A stretch of DNA of 64,000 nt from Parcubacteria group bacterium (GCA_041659065.1 JBAZYY010000002.1:24091-88090), one strand, 5' to 3'. Positions 37,518-47,783 are shown, numbered from the stretch's first letter. Numbers and translations: made by a program. Notes: generated by a model not told the origin, from the letters alone.

Positions 37518-38333
37518 TTAAAGGGGTCCCTCAATTTTTGTCGCCGTAAACTCCGCAAGAGAAAAGACGGGCGCATTGGAATACGCATCGATATTATCAC
37601 CAACCCTAAGGTCGTTTTTTCCACTTTTTGAGAAAACAGTTTTGCTATCGATAAGCACTTTGTATGTTTTTGATATTTTAGGAGCTGTTGCCGGATCAAC
37701 ATTTTGTGGATCGCCAGCTTTGGATGGCTCTATCCATTGTGCCTCAACAACAAAGTAATTGTTGCCAATTTCTTTTATGGCTCCGCCTATATATTTTACA
37801 CTATTCGAAAAGTCGGCGCTCGGAATAAAATTAGCATTTAATCCTGGATTAGGAATAACCCAAACTTTTTTCGCAGTCAGTTTTTCGTCTCTATAAATTA
37901 GGTTATCAGTAAAAACGTGAACATTGTCGCCAATTTTGATATTTTCCCATTTTAATGGAAATTCAGTATCAGCAGTAATCGCTATCGCAAGCTTCTTTTT
38001 TATTTTAGGAAAAGAGTCTGCTTGTTTGAGAGCAGCGTCTGACAAACCAGAAAGTTTGGGAAAATTTACCATATCAGCTTCAACTATCATTGAGCCTCGG
38101 TCTTTTGAGACAACTGATCCCTTCAGCTCTTTCGTGTTTTCCTTGATTGTCTTCTGAACGGCCTCTAATAAATACGGGTCATTAACGGCTGCTTGCTGAT
38201 TTTTACTACCAGCTTTGACCAAATTATCAACCTTGCCATTTAGATTCATTATCGTTTTTTGCTGATACGCGAATACCACTGCGATTAGAATAAGGGTGAC
38301 GACTATTAGACTGTATTTTGTTTTATTTTCCAT
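37518..38333 (-). CDS. Membrane-anchored protein with two predicted beta-barrel repeats
   Basis: N-terminal TM; repeated G.V.....IVEA...T.F...I/L.(I/V)GDN...TA.K. Confidence 0.72.
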   Translation of the reverse strand: MENKTKYSLIVVTLILIAVVFAYQQKTIMNLNGKVDNLVKAGSKNQQAAVNDPYLLEAVQKTIKENTKELKGSVVSKDRGSMIVEADMVNFPKLSGLSDAALKQADSFPKIKKKLAIAITADTEFPLKWENIKIGDNVHVFTDNLIYRDEKLTAKKVWVIPNPGLNANFIPSADFSNSVKYIGGAIKEIGNNYFVVEAQWIEPSKAGDPQNVDPATAPKISKTYKVLIDSKTVFSKSGKNDLRVGDNIDAYSNAPVFSLAEFTATKIEGPL

Positions 38334-38351
38334 AAATAGATATTAAATTTA

Positions 38352-38975
38352 TTAGCTTGGCGTACAACCAATGAATCTTACGGTCGAGCTGCAATACCCC
38401 GTTGTCGTACTGGTGCAACCGACACACTCTGCAGGACCTTCGCACCAACTGCCATGCCACCATCCTGGGGGACAAGACACTGTGGTATAACAACAAGGGT
38501 CATAATAGGAAAGAACGGTATAGGTCACTACCTCTGTTGCTGGATCAATATTGTCAAATAAGTGCGAACCGCTGGTTACGCCTGAGCAGGATTCGGCTGA
38601 AGTTTCGGTATATTTTAAATATGACTTCCAGCCTAAAGGACAAGAAGCTCCTGGAAATTTACACAATGTTATGCCGCCCACCATCGTAGGTACACCACCC
38701 GCAAGGGTGCATGCAGGAAAATTCACAAGATCGCCAAGGCACTTCTTGTCTCCTGTACCCTTTGTATCAACGCAGATATCTGCTTTATTTGAAGCTGTTC
38801 CAACTTTTGTTTGTATACCTGCTCCTGTATTGATCGGAGCGCCAAGGTTGCCGCCCGGAGGAGCTTCAGTTGGTTCGGTCCAGGCTCGCGCAAATTGGAG
38901 CAGAAGACCGAGTGCAATTCCAATAATGGCAACTTTCAGCCAGAAAAACTGCTTCTTTTGTTTTTTTTGTTTCAT
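38352..38975 (-). CDS. Secreted protein, AWTEP...PPGGNLGAPINT N-terminus with Cys-rich C-terminus
   Basis: Signal peptide; many cysteines; paralog of 36934-37428. Confidence 0.75.
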   Translation of the reverse strand: MKQKKQKKQFFWLKVAIIGIALGLLLQFARAWTEPTEAPPGGNLGAPINTGAGIQTKVGTASNKADICVDTKGTGDKKCLGDLVNFPACTLAGGVPTMVGGITLCKFPGASCPLGWKSYLKYTETSAESCSGVTSGSHLFDNIDPATEVVTYTVLSYYDPCCYTTVSCPPGWWHGSWCEGPAECVGCTSTTTGYCSSTVRFIGCTPS

Positions 38976-39028
38976 AGGTAGTAATTTAAATTATATATTT
39001 TCTCTGAAATAGCTCTCACAGCCCTTAT

Positions 39029-40339
39029 CTATTGAGTTGGATTAGTTTCCACCCACCCCGGAGCTTTGACATAGACCTTGGTTGAGCAAGAATCGTCTCC
39101 CGCGACAGCATCTGAGGTTGCCGAACCATAGTTTGATGAACTGTCCGCCGTCACTTTGCATTGCGTTCCGTCTTTGGATACGTCGGTAATATTTGTTGAT
39201 CCCCCTACTTTTTTTATGCATGTTTCAAGAGCACAACCAGCCTCTCCGGTCACAGACACGTCGTAGCTCGCAGTGCTCCCAGACCTAACCTCAAAGCTAT
39301 CCGGACAGCTGACCTCACAGTCCAAGGTTTTGATAAGATTTACGTTTGCCGTGGCCGCGCCACAATCACCCGTAACATTCACAGGCACGGTGTCATTAGA
39401 GGAGAAGTCGATCCCCTTCACATAGACTGTGCATTCGCCCCCGCTAATCGCACAAGAAGTACTATCCGCGGCTCCCGAACAGGTTGAGTTAGAAGAGATG
39501 TCTATTTTAGCTGAACCATTGTCGCTGAAATTAACAACCTGTCCATCTGTTGAATCCTCCGTTGTTACAACTAGTGGGCGGCAATTTTGGATATGATCCA
39601 ATGTCGGCCCAGAAGCGCTATGAATCGCACAGACATTTTCAATCTTTGCCTGACCAAAATCAATCCAACCTAGCTCACCAGCTATAGCACTGTTGGTTCC
39701 TGACCAACCATATCCAGACAGAGTGTTATCATTATTAATGGTGATTCCATAAGGAGTTCCGTTCGCATTTCCTTCAAGACTTATCCATCCTTGCCACCCC
39801 CCTGAATTTGGCGTAGCTTTCTCAAATTCTTTTTTTATTTCTAAAAATCTCGCCCAGCCTTTTATCCGATTGCCAGTTCGCCATGCTTTGCAAGGGTTAC
39901 TCGGGCACCCACCTAGTTCTGAAGAATTAAAACTTATATACCCCAAACCTGGACTCCAAGCGTAACCAGACAACTCACCTCCGCTCGTTGGACTAGGAAT
40001 GTTAACCCTATAGAGTTTTACTGCCCCCGAAGTTGGACATCCTGCAGGCGCTCCTTCTGAAGATCCTTCATATGTTCCATTTTCGTTAACATCACAATTT
40101 TTGCTATTCATGCTCACCCAGTATACACCAGTTTCGTTGCCATTTATACTGCCGTCACTCGATTCCTCAGTTCCTCCCCACAGCCAGCCAGTTATAATGC
40201 CCGCTGCTTGGACTTTAACAATACTGGCCACAGCAGCAATGGAAAAAACCAGAATCAGTGAAAGCATAATCCTGCGGCTGCGCGATATGATGGCTTTTTT
40301 CATTTTTCTTTTTTTATATTTTATGCGAGAGAAGACCAA
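39029..40339 (-). CDS. Secreted Cys-rich surface protein with G(W/Y)xW...GWI repeats and probable Ig-like domains
   Basis: GWLWGG, GYAWS..LGYISF, GWARF, GWISL, GYGWS...GWIDF; ends PGWVETNP. Confidence 0.75.
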   Translation of the reverse strand: MVFSRIKYKKRKMKKAIISRSRRIMLSLILVFSIAAVASIVKVQAAGIITGWLWGGTEESSDGSINGNETGVYWVSMNSKNCDVNENGTYEGSSEGAPAGCPTSGAVKLYRVNIPSPTSGGELSGYAWSPGLGYISFNSSELGGCPSNPCKAWRTGNRIKGWARFLEIKKEFEKATPNSGGWQGWISLEGNANGTPYGITINNDNTLSGYGWSGTNSAIAGELGWIDFGQAKIENVCAIHSASGPTLDHIQNCRPLVVTTEDSTDGQVVNFSDNGSAKIDISSNSTCSGAADSTSCAISGGECTVYVKGIDFSSNDTVPVNVTGDCGAATANVNLIKTLDCEVSCPDSFEVRSGSTASYDVSVTGEAGCALETCIKKVGGSTNITDVSKDGTQCKVTADSSSNYGSATSDAVAGDDSCSTKVYVKAPGWVETNPTQ

Positions 40340-40484
40340 TAATTTATTTGATTATAGCATAATTTTGATATTGCGACAAAATACCTTCTTATCCACAGGC
40401 AGTATTCATGCCGCATATAAAACGGTTTGAATAAAATGCACAGCTATTTCAAAAAGTAGAAAAATAAGATACAATGTTAATGAT

Positions 40485-40587
40485 AATTTTCGATGTCCAA
40501 TTCACAATTTTCAATCAATGATCAATTTTTAAAATTTTTAAACATTGAAAATTTATTGTAAATTGAAAATTAGTAATTGAAAATTTG
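40485..40587. repeat. Inverted heptamer array (CAATTTT / TGAAAAT type)
   Basis: Shares aattttcaatcaat and ttgaaaatt.attgtaaattga with 5063-5181. Confidence 0.8.
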
Positions 40588-40589
40588 AG

Positions 40590-41099
40590 ATGAAAATTGC
40601 CATGAAAAAAATACTTCTATCAATCATTTTAAGCTTGTTTGCGGCTGTACCGATGGCTCATGCCATCTGTCCCGTCTGCACCGTAGCTGTGGGAGCGGGG
40701 CTGGGACTGGCTGAATATCTTGGAATTGATGATTCCATCTCGGGACTATGGATCGGAGCGCTGATCGTCTCAATGTCGCTTTGGACCATAAATTGGTTAA
40801 GCCAGAGAGAAATAAAATTTAAAGGCAGAAAAATCCTTATTTTTATTGCCTATTATCTGATTGTGGTCGGACCGCTTTTTTGGAGAGGTATCATCGGCCA
40901 TCCCTTTAATAAGCTCTGCGGGATTGATAAATTATTATTTGGAATTATACTCGGCAGCGTCCTTTTCGCAGCCGGAGCCATCTTCCATGTTTACGTGAGA
41001 GAACGAAACGGAAGCAAATCATATTTTAAGGGGCAGAAAATAGTTTTCGCCATCACGCCACTCATAGTCGCAAGCGTAATTTTATATTTTACTTGCTAA
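40590..41099 (+). CDS. Membrane protein with CPVC motif after a signal-like segment
   Basis: AHAICPVCTVAV; about 5 TM segments. Confidence 0.75.
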   Translation: MKIAMKKILLSIILSLFAAVPMAHAICPVCTVAVGAGLGLAEYLGIDDSISGLWIGALIVSMSLWTINWLSQREIKFKGRKILIFIAYYLIVVGPLFWRGIIGHPFNKLCGIDKLLFGIILGSVLFAAGAIFHVYVRERNGSKSYFKGQKIVFAITPLIVASVILYFTC

Positions 41100-41145
41100 T
41101 TCCTAAAGTCCGGCTTTAGGAGCGCCTAAAGCCGGACTTTAGGAA
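41100..41145. repeat. REP doublet (REPIN-like) of the RAYT-associated family
   Basis: tcctaaagtccggctttagg-agcg-cctaaagccggactttagga. Confidence 0.85.
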
Positions 41146-41153
41146 AAAATTTC

Positions 41154-41756
41154 ATGCCTGATCAAAACAAGCTCCAAAAAATCAACGAACTCATTGAGAA
41201 AGTGGATGAGATGAAAAAGCAAGACAAGATGGATCTCTCATCCGACCAGGATCTCTCGATCGCTATCATGAACCTCGTTTCGATCGAAGAACATTTCTTT
41301 TTCACGGGCGCCAAAACCGGAAAGCCGGAATACTATGGCCTCTTGCAGGAAGTTCGCAAGATGCGCGGTGACCTGCTCCGCAAAATTATCAAGGAATACG
41401 AAGGAGAAGTATGGTGCATCTCAAAACATCTTCTTGCTGCTTCAATGCGTCTGATGGAAGTTGGAACCAAGCAGCAAGGCATGGGAAACAAAAAAGAAGC
41501 GCAGGAACTGTTTGAAAAATCATACGACCTTTATTCCCTTTTCTGGGGACTTAATATGAAATTGATCAATACGAACGACATTAAAAAGATTGACGAAACA
41601 TCCATCAATGTCCACGATCAGGGAAAAGTGTCTTCCCAAAATATTTCGAGTTCTGCCGAAAAAACTGATAATAGCAGTTCAAAAAATGTGAGCAAAAGCT
41701 TCATGGGAAAACTCGGCGAACTCGTCCGAAAAGCCGTGGACTGCTGCCTCGAGTAA
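41154..41756 (+). CDS. Hypothetical helical protein (EEH, WCISKH, terminal DCCLE)
   Basis: 200-aa ORF co-oriented with the 40590 gene. Confidence 0.75.
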   Translation: MPDQNKLQKINELIEKVDEMKKQDKMDLSSDQDLSIAIMNLVSIEEHFFFTGAKTGKPEYYGLLQEVRKMRGDLLRKIIKEYEGEVWCISKHLLAASMRLMEVGTKQQGMGNKKEAQELFEKSYDLYSLFWGLNMKLINTNDIKKIDETSINVHDQGKVSSQNISSSAEKTDNSSSKNVSKSFMGKLGELVRKAVDCCLE

Positions 41757-41835
41757 AAGGATGAATTTGAGGAAAAGAAAAAAGACTTAGCGTAAACCTC
41801 TTGGAATACGTTATCCTGAGAAGCGAACCCTAATA

Positions 41836-41859
41836 AAACGCCTTTTGAAGGCGTTTTAT
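41836..41859. terminator. Bidirectional terminator
   Basis: aaaacgcctt-ttg-aaggcgtttt between convergent genes. Confidence 0.7.
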
Positions 41860-41894
41860 CTTATTAATTATTATTTATAAAAATATTTTACGAA

Positions 41895-42314
41895 TTACAT
41901 ATTTTTTCGGACATAATTGCAATTCCCGTCTTTGTTTATATTCCTCCAGACTCTATTTCCCTGTTGCGCTCCCCCGCCTGTCTGATTGGAATTTACTTGT
42001 CTTAAACCCAGATCTTCTCGGATCTTATTTGCTTCGTCATATTTTCCTTCCAGCATCAGCCTATGCATTTCAGAAAATCGGCCAAAATTATTTTCGTTTA
42101 TTAACTGAGCTGCCCTTCCCTGCCCGCTCATCAATTTCTTCCAAGCATTATAATCATTATTCTCGAAGGCCTTCTGCGTTGCTTCATATCTTTGGGCTGA
42201 AAAGTTCGGTGTACGCTGTTTCAGATCGCCCTGATACGCATAAGCGGCGTACGCGACGCCTGAGGCGGTAATTAGAGCTATCACGCCCACAGGAAACACT
42301 ATCTTTTTTTTCAT
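41895..42314 (-). CDS. Secreted helical hypothetical protein
   Basis: Signal peptide; NNDYNAWK and KIREDLGL; downstream of the ECF module. Confidence 0.7.
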   Translation of the reverse strand: MKKKIVFPVGVIALITASGVAYAAYAYQGDLKQRTPNFSAQRYEATQKAFENNDYNAWKKLMSGQGRAAQLINENNFGRFSEMHRLMLEGKYDEANKIREDLGLRQVNSNQTGGGAQQGNRVWRNINKDGNCNYVRKNM

Positions 42315-42606
42315 AGAATTATCCTAAAAATAATTTTAATGAGATATTCAGTTTTAAGTTTAAGCAAAGCGGCCAGCTCCACTTTTTTATTACGGAGTTC
42401 CAAATTCCAAACTTTCATCTCTCAAAACGTAAGGTCATGCAGGTAAGTTTTCGCTTAAAAGTTAAAAAATTCTAAAAATTTACACACCAAGCTGCCGCAA
42501 CTTAAAAAGGCCTTAACGCAGGATTCGCAAAAGCTTATTAGAAAGAAAACCGCTATTTAACAATAAAATAGCGGCGCTGCCAGGCTTAAACTGCGATTTG
42601 ACCCAA

Positions 42607-43353
42607 TTAATCATCACTGTCCCATCTCATTTTTGCTTTTTGCATCAAACCTTTATTTTGCCAAGGCCGGATTTCCCTCGCCCAGAAAACATTCTCTTGT
42701 TCTTTTTCACCGATTACTTTTATCTCTTCTCCGGGCACTATTCTGATCGGTTCGTATTCAAGCGTGTCATCGTCTTCCCGCACCTGCCACAGGACTCCGT
42801 GGAAATCTTTTAATTCGAACACTTTGGGGTCAACAATTTTAATTATTTTTCCCCCCAGTAAACCATTTCCCGGCTGGTCCCAGATATCCGTGCGGTTATG
42901 GCAGCAGGTGAGGCTTTCATAAATTGGAATACTCGAAGCCACAACATCCTCCACTTCCTGGCCCGCGCCCAAAGTATTCAGAAAAGTCCCTAAAATTATA
43001 CTCCCAATAACGCTTAGGCCGAGAATCACATACGCTTCATGGCGATATCCCTCTTTAGTGTGCTTAAAGTTGTAATACGCCACGCTGATGAACAGAATCA
43101 GTAAAATTATCCAGATATACGGAATAGAGATTAAAATGTGTCCGGCCAGACTTCGATGCAGATATTGGTACAAGTCCCAATCATTTTCGAATAAAATATG
43201 GAGCGAGACGCAAAAAGCAACCGCGCCAATTATGAGCGAAATCAGGAACAGCAGCCAGACAAAATAGTCCTTGAGTAGAAATCTCCAGCGCGGCTTTGGA
43301 GCTATTTTTTCTTCCTTGATTTTTTCAAGCACTTTTTTCCCAAGTTCACTCAT
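42607..43353 (-). CDS. Membrane protein, candidate anti-sigma factor
   Basis: 3 TM segments plus an extracytoplasmic domain; directly downstream of the ECF sigma. Confidence 0.65.
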   Translation of the reverse strand: MSELGKKVLEKIKEEKIAPKPRWRFLLKDYFVWLLFLISLIIGAVAFCVSLHILFENDWDLYQYLHRSLAGHILISIPYIWIILLILFISVAYYNFKHTKEGYRHEAYVILGLSVIGSIILGTFLNTLGAGQEVEDVVASSIPIYESLTCCHNRTDIWDQPGNGLLGGKIIKIVDPKVFELKDFHGVLWQVREDDDTLEYEPIRIVPGEEIKVIGEKEQENVFWAREIRPWQNKGLMQKAKMRWDSDD

Positions 43354-43361
43354 ATATTTAG

Positions 43362-43946
43362 TTAGTAAGTTAAGTCTTTGCCAGCGCCAATTTTCTTAAA
43401 TTGCTTTTTCGCGCGATTAATCAAAGTGGCCACGGTGCCCAGAGGCTTGTGCAATATATCCGAGATTTCCTTATAATCCTTCCCTTCGAGAAACTTAAGC
43501 ACCAGGACTTCCCTGTATTTATCGTCCAGTTTATCCAATATTTCTCTCACCTCTTCTCCGGTAAACTTTCTTTCGGTGTCGCTGGCCAAATCTTCATCAG
43601 TCGAAATGAACTTTAGAAAGTCTTCATCGGCCTCGAATTTTAGTACTTTAGGCCGAGCTGATGTCTTTCGCCAGTGGCTGATAACCTGGTTATGGGCAAT
43701 GCGATAAACCCAGGAAGAGAACTTTAGGCTTTGGTCGAAATCGTTAAGATTGCGATAGACTTTAACAAAAATATCCTGCAGAAGATCTTCCGCGTCTTCG
43801 CGAGTCACGGCCGAAATGCGCATGATATAGCGCATTAGTTTTTCTTCATAACGGTCGACAAGGCACGCAAAAAAATCCTGATTCTTGAGAGCTAGGGCGA
43901 CCAATTCTTCATCAGTTTTATCGGGACAACTGTTTTTGTCGAGCAT
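43362..43946 (-). CDS. ECF RNA polymerase sigma factor
   Basis: AEDLLQDIFVKVY, FSSWVYRIAHN, YKEISDIL..PLGTVATLINRAK. Confidence 0.93.
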   Translation of the reverse strand: MLDKNSCPDKTDEELVALALKNQDFFACLVDRYEEKLMRYIMRISAVTREDAEDLLQDIFVKVYRNLNDFDQSLKFSSWVYRIAHNQVISHWRKTSARPKVLKFEADEDFLKFISTDEDLASDTERKFTGEEVREILDKLDDKYREVLVLKFLEGKDYKEISDILHKPLGTVATLINRAKKQFKKIGAGKDLTY

Positions 43947-43958
43947 TAATTAGTAGTT

Positions 43959-44537
43959 TTATTGATGAGCAGGCGGCCTTACACTGCCGTAGCTTGCTAC
44001 TGCCTGCTCCTTTTGAGCTATTTTGCTGTAAGCATCGCGAAACACTTTACCAAACCATGCGGATAATTTTGCCGGATCGAGCTTTTCTAATCCTTGAGTG
44101 TCCTTACTTCTCCTTGTAAACGCGGCAACCGCAACTTCCCTTAGATCCTCGAGTTTTCCTGCCTTTCCTACCTGATTAAACTTATCAAATCCTTCTTTTA
44201 GTGATCCTCTGAGATGCTCCAGACTTTTAGGATCCTCCCGTACCTGCGAAGATATTGCCTTAAAATCAAGAATTTGAAGCGCAGCGTCAAAAGAAATCGT
44301 CAATGAAGCTGATTCAGCTGCCTTTATCCTCTCTGGTGTTATAGCCTCGCCTTCTTTGACAGGTTTAAGTTCAGCGATAGCATCACTGGGGAATTTCCCC
44401 GGGTCGATAAACTCCGCCAGATTCCGCTCTTTCCTATAGCTAGCATTCCGAACAATTCCACGGCCTAATCCCGCTTCTTTTTCATATTGAGCCTTAAGCA
44501 ATTCAGCTGAATTTTCTGGTTCTTGCGTATACTCCAT
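43959..44537 (-). CDS. Hypothetical protein
   Basis: 192-aa ORF; putative TTGCAA/TAGCAT promoter upstream. Confidence 0.6.
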   Translation of the reverse strand: MEYTQEPENSAELLKAQYEKEAGLGRGIVRNASYRKERNLAEFIDPGKFPSDAIAELKPVKEGEAITPERIKAAESASLTISFDAALQILDFKAISSQVREDPKSLEHLRGSLKEGFDKFNQVGKAGKLEDLREVAVAAFTRRSKDTQGLEKLDPAKLSAWFGKVFRDAYSKIAQKEQAVASYGSVRPPAHQ

Positions 44538-44612
44538 AAAGACGAAGATTAAATTATTCTTTACTCACGGATTCGTATGCTAGCATAAAATTCTTAATTT
44601 GCAAAGCCTCCA

Positions 44613-46679
44613 TTACAATCCCAGTTCCCCTTCTCTCTCCCAATTGTTTTCGTTCAATACGATCATTTGATTGTCCCCAATGGCATAAAGAAAATCATCC
44701 ATATAGATAGCCCTTTTAGCTTGAATTTCCGCTACTGTTTTTTCCAGCTTCAGATTATCACCCGCATAGGAGAATATATACCCGCCTTTTGACCCCGGCA
44801 GGAAAAAGATTTGATGCTTGGAATCCAGTAGAAATGCGTGATGGGTTTGCGCCACTTCCGAATAATATTCATCCAAATTATATTTTGAAATTTCCCGCGG
44901 ATTTTGCGGCGAGCTCACGTCAAAAAGGCTGATTTTGACTTGATTATTCTCTTCGCCGATTCCCAGAACTTTGTCTTTCGTTATCGGATGCAAATATGAC
45001 GAATAGCCCGGTATTTTCAGCTCTCCTGCTTTTTTCGGCTCCAGGGGATTTGAAAGATCCAGCACATAAAATGGATCCGTTTGTTTGAATGTTACCAGAT
45101 ACCCTTTGTCTTCGACGAATCTTGCGGCGTAAATTTTCTCCTGCTCTCCAAGATCCGTGATTGAGCTCACGGTCCGGAGTTCCTTATCGAGGATATAGAC
45201 ATCATTCGCGCTGTCACGCGCGCCACCGAAGCCAAACCCCCACCAGCCCGAACCAACCGTAGTGGCAATTCGCAAATAATTTTGATACTCATCCAGAGAA
45301 AATTGATTAAGCGGTTTTCCAGGAACGGCGCCGCTTGCAGTGACGCTGAGGTCTGAAACTGAAATTTTTACAATCCCTGTCCGTTCCAGATCCCTTTTAT
45401 GCTCTTTGAAATAATTTTCCATGCGGTTTCGCATTTCATTTTCCAGTTTCATGCGGTCGTCGGAACTCAGGAAATTCTGGTACTTTTGCAGTATATCCCC
45501 GTACTCCGTCATTTTCGCGTTAGCGCCTATATCATAACCTTCGAGTTTTCTTATCTTTTCCGTCACCGAGTCGGGAACGAGATCGCTATTTTTTCCAAAA
45601 AAACCAATTGTGAATTTGATAAAGTCCCCCGGATAATAATAAGTGGCATAGATAGAATCCGGCGACATGTAGATGACCGAGTCGCTGGACGAACCGACAA
45701 AGGTTGCTGTTTCCTTAGTGTCTCCAGTTGAAATATCCATTTTTGTCACTGTGTAGGTTGTATCTGACGATATGGGCGCCACTGGATGGTTGATTTCCTG
45801 ACAGCTGATGGAAAAGTTTTTCCCATTCACTAAATATGGTTCGAATGGGCAGGGATGGTCGGAATTAATGGTACTTTTTGTCACCAGGAAGATCCTGTCC
45901 CCATAGAGGCGCGCTGCCTCTACTTGGGTATTGTTTTTTAGTTCAATGCTCCACTTTTCTTTTGGGTCCTTTGGGTCGGAGACATCATAGCCCGTTATCT
46001 TACCTTGGCTGCCGCCGAAGTAATTGCCATCTGGCAGCACAACCAAAATATTATTTTTCAAGAGCATGTTTCCGCTTTGACGGATTTTGCTATCGATTGC
46101 CAGATCGGTTGGCGGATATGCTTTAATAGCTTTTATACCCCCGGTCTGGCCAAGCGGCCATAGTTCCTTCGACTCATCGGATCTTCCCGCAGTATCATCA
46201 AGGGGCATGACAGTTGGCTGGGCAACTGAAAAATAGATATCCTTCCCGTCTGTCTTAACAACATCCGGCTCATCAATTCCCGCAACTTGCACATTTGTTT
46301 CCGAAACCCTCTCGGGTCCGCTGCCGAGGCCTGCCGTAGTTGGGGGTATCGCAGCTTTTGAGCTGTCGGCACTTTGTTCCATCACGTTTGCCATTCCACT
46401 TCTCATTCCTCCTCCAAGCATCTGAGCGCCTCCGGAAAAACTCGATATTTCTTTACTTTTTTCCAGATATTTCTTGAAATCCGCCTCTGAACTGAAATGC
46501 TTTATGGTATTCAAATCCGTTGGGGCTTGATATATCTCTCCGGATTCCGTCTGGCTGGATTGGCTATTCGAGTTATCGAGATACCGAGAATTATTAAATC
46601 CAATGATAACAAGTGCGGCAATCAAGCTGACCGCCAAAATCACCGCCAGAGCGTAGCTAAGTTTTATTTCTTTTGACAT
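44613..46679 (-). CDS. Secreted beta-propeller domain protein (COG4880-like)
   Basis: SETNVQVAGIDEPDVVKTDG, LNQFSLDE, YLVTFKQTDP, GELKIPGYSSYLHP. Confidence 0.88.
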   Translation of the reverse strand: MSKEIKLSYALAVILAVSLIAALVIIGFNNSRYLDNSNSQSSQTESGEIYQAPTDLNTIKHFSSEADFKKYLEKSKEISSFSGGAQMLGGGMRSGMANVMEQSADSSKAAIPPTTAGLGSGPERVSETNVQVAGIDEPDVVKTDGKDIYFSVAQPTVMPLDDTAGRSDESKELWPLGQTGGIKAIKAYPPTDLAIDSKIRQSGNMLLKNNILVVLPDGNYFGGSQGKITGYDVSDPKDPKEKWSIELKNNTQVEAARLYGDRIFLVTKSTINSDHPCPFEPYLVNGKNFSISCQEINHPVAPISSDTTYTVTKMDISTGDTKETATFVGSSSDSVIYMSPDSIYATYYYPGDFIKFTIGFFGKNSDLVPDSVTEKIRKLEGYDIGANAKMTEYGDILQKYQNFLSSDDRMKLENEMRNRMENYFKEHKRDLERTGIVKISVSDLSVTASGAVPGKPLNQFSLDEYQNYLRIATTVGSGWWGFGFGGARDSANDVYILDKELRTVSSITDLGEQEKIYAARFVEDKGYLVTFKQTDPFYVLDLSNPLEPKKAGELKIPGYSSYLHPITKDKVLGIGEENNQVKISLFDVSSPQNPREISKYNLDEYYSEVAQTHHAFLLDSKHQIFFLPGSKGGYIFSYAGDNLKLEKTVAEIQAKRAIYMDDFLYAIGDNQMIVLNENNWEREGELGL

Positions 46680-46720
46680 ATTTGCATTTTAATTTATAAG
46701 AAAGATTAATTTACGGAAAA

Positions 46721-46993
46721 CTATCTTCCTTCCCAAAATTTTTCCGCTTCCTTTTCCATTGCGGAAAGTCGGGTATAATAATCAGGGAATTCATTGAGAT
46801 GGGCAAGGGCTATCTTCCCGGTCATGAGAGGATCATCACTCGTAACATTAGTTTCCACGTTTCGGCTGCCGTGTTCGAGTTCTATATTCAGTCCCGCCTT
46901 AAATTGTTCCGCATCAAATCGGGACCAGTCAACTCCCAATTGCTCTCCGATTTCTTTGGCTTGTTCCGCGGTAAAAATTTTTTTATCCGACAT
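46721..46993 (-). CDS. Small conserved protein (DUF5661-like)
   Basis: ELEHG...KIALAHLNEFPDYYTRL. Confidence 0.75.
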   Translation of the reverse strand: MSDKKIFTAEQAKEIGEQLGVDWSRFDAEQFKAGLNIELEHGSRNVETNVTSDDPLMTGKIALAHLNEFPDYYTRLSAMEKEAEKFWEGR

Positions 46994-47090
46994 ATAATCC
47001 TATCAGTCTTTTGAATGAATAAAAATAAACCCGATTCCTTGGGTTTATTATAGCATAAATATGATTAATTTTTGAAATAAAAACAAAACA

Positions 47091-47783
47091 CTAATCGCAA
47101 ACATAAAGGCAGGGATTGATCCAGCCAGAAAGTTCCGATTGTTTCTGGACATAACCTCGGATATCGACTGCAGAACCTTTGTGAATACTCAGGTGCAAGT
47201 GTTTGCGCTCACCATTGGTCTCCGTAGAAAAAGCTTTCCCTAAAAACCCGACTTGCTCTCCTTTCGAAAGCGAGTCTCCAGTCTTTCCCGAAATGCTGGC
47301 TAGCTTTAGATGCCCATAAACAACTGTAATCGGCTGGTTATCAAGCTCGCAGCTCTCAACCAACACTCCTCCATAACCACTCGCGTACTTCTTGAGTGCG
47401 ATTTTGCCGTCACAAATAGCTTGAACCGGAACGTCGGCGGTCAGCTCCTCAGGGAATATCTCAAAATCGGAACCGGTGTGGTATCCAGTGAATTTTTCGG
47501 GCTGAACTGGTGAAGTTTTGGGAGTAATGTATAATCCAAAAGTTTTTTTAGTCACTCTTTCGCCAGGCCTGTCGAGCGGGGGCTCGAATATTTTTACCGG
47601 TTCTGGCGCTGCTTGGCTTGTTTCTTGCACGGCAGACTGGTTTTGAACCTTTTCGATAATCTGCGGAAGATTGGTTTGCACTACCATAGTCTTCTTAGCG
47701 GTATTTATGGAATAGATATTATAAATAACAACTCCGGCAAATATGGCTATGGTTGCGGCTAAAATGATTATTGGTTTTTTCAT
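47091..47783 (-). CDS. M23 family metallopeptidase
   Basis: HTGSD, YGHL, HLH, INP; N-terminal anchor. Confidence 0.88.
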   Translation of the reverse strand: MKKPIIILAATIAIFAGVVIYNIYSINTAKKTMVVQTNLPQIIEKVQNQSAVQETSQAAPEPVKIFEPPLDRPGERVTKKTFGLYITPKTSPVQPEKFTGYHTGSDFEIFPEELTADVPVQAICDGKIALKKYASGYGGVLVESCELDNQPITVVYGHLKLASISGKTGDSLSKGEQVGFLGKAFSTETNGERKHLHLSIHKGSAVDIRGYVQKQSELSGWINPCLYVCD

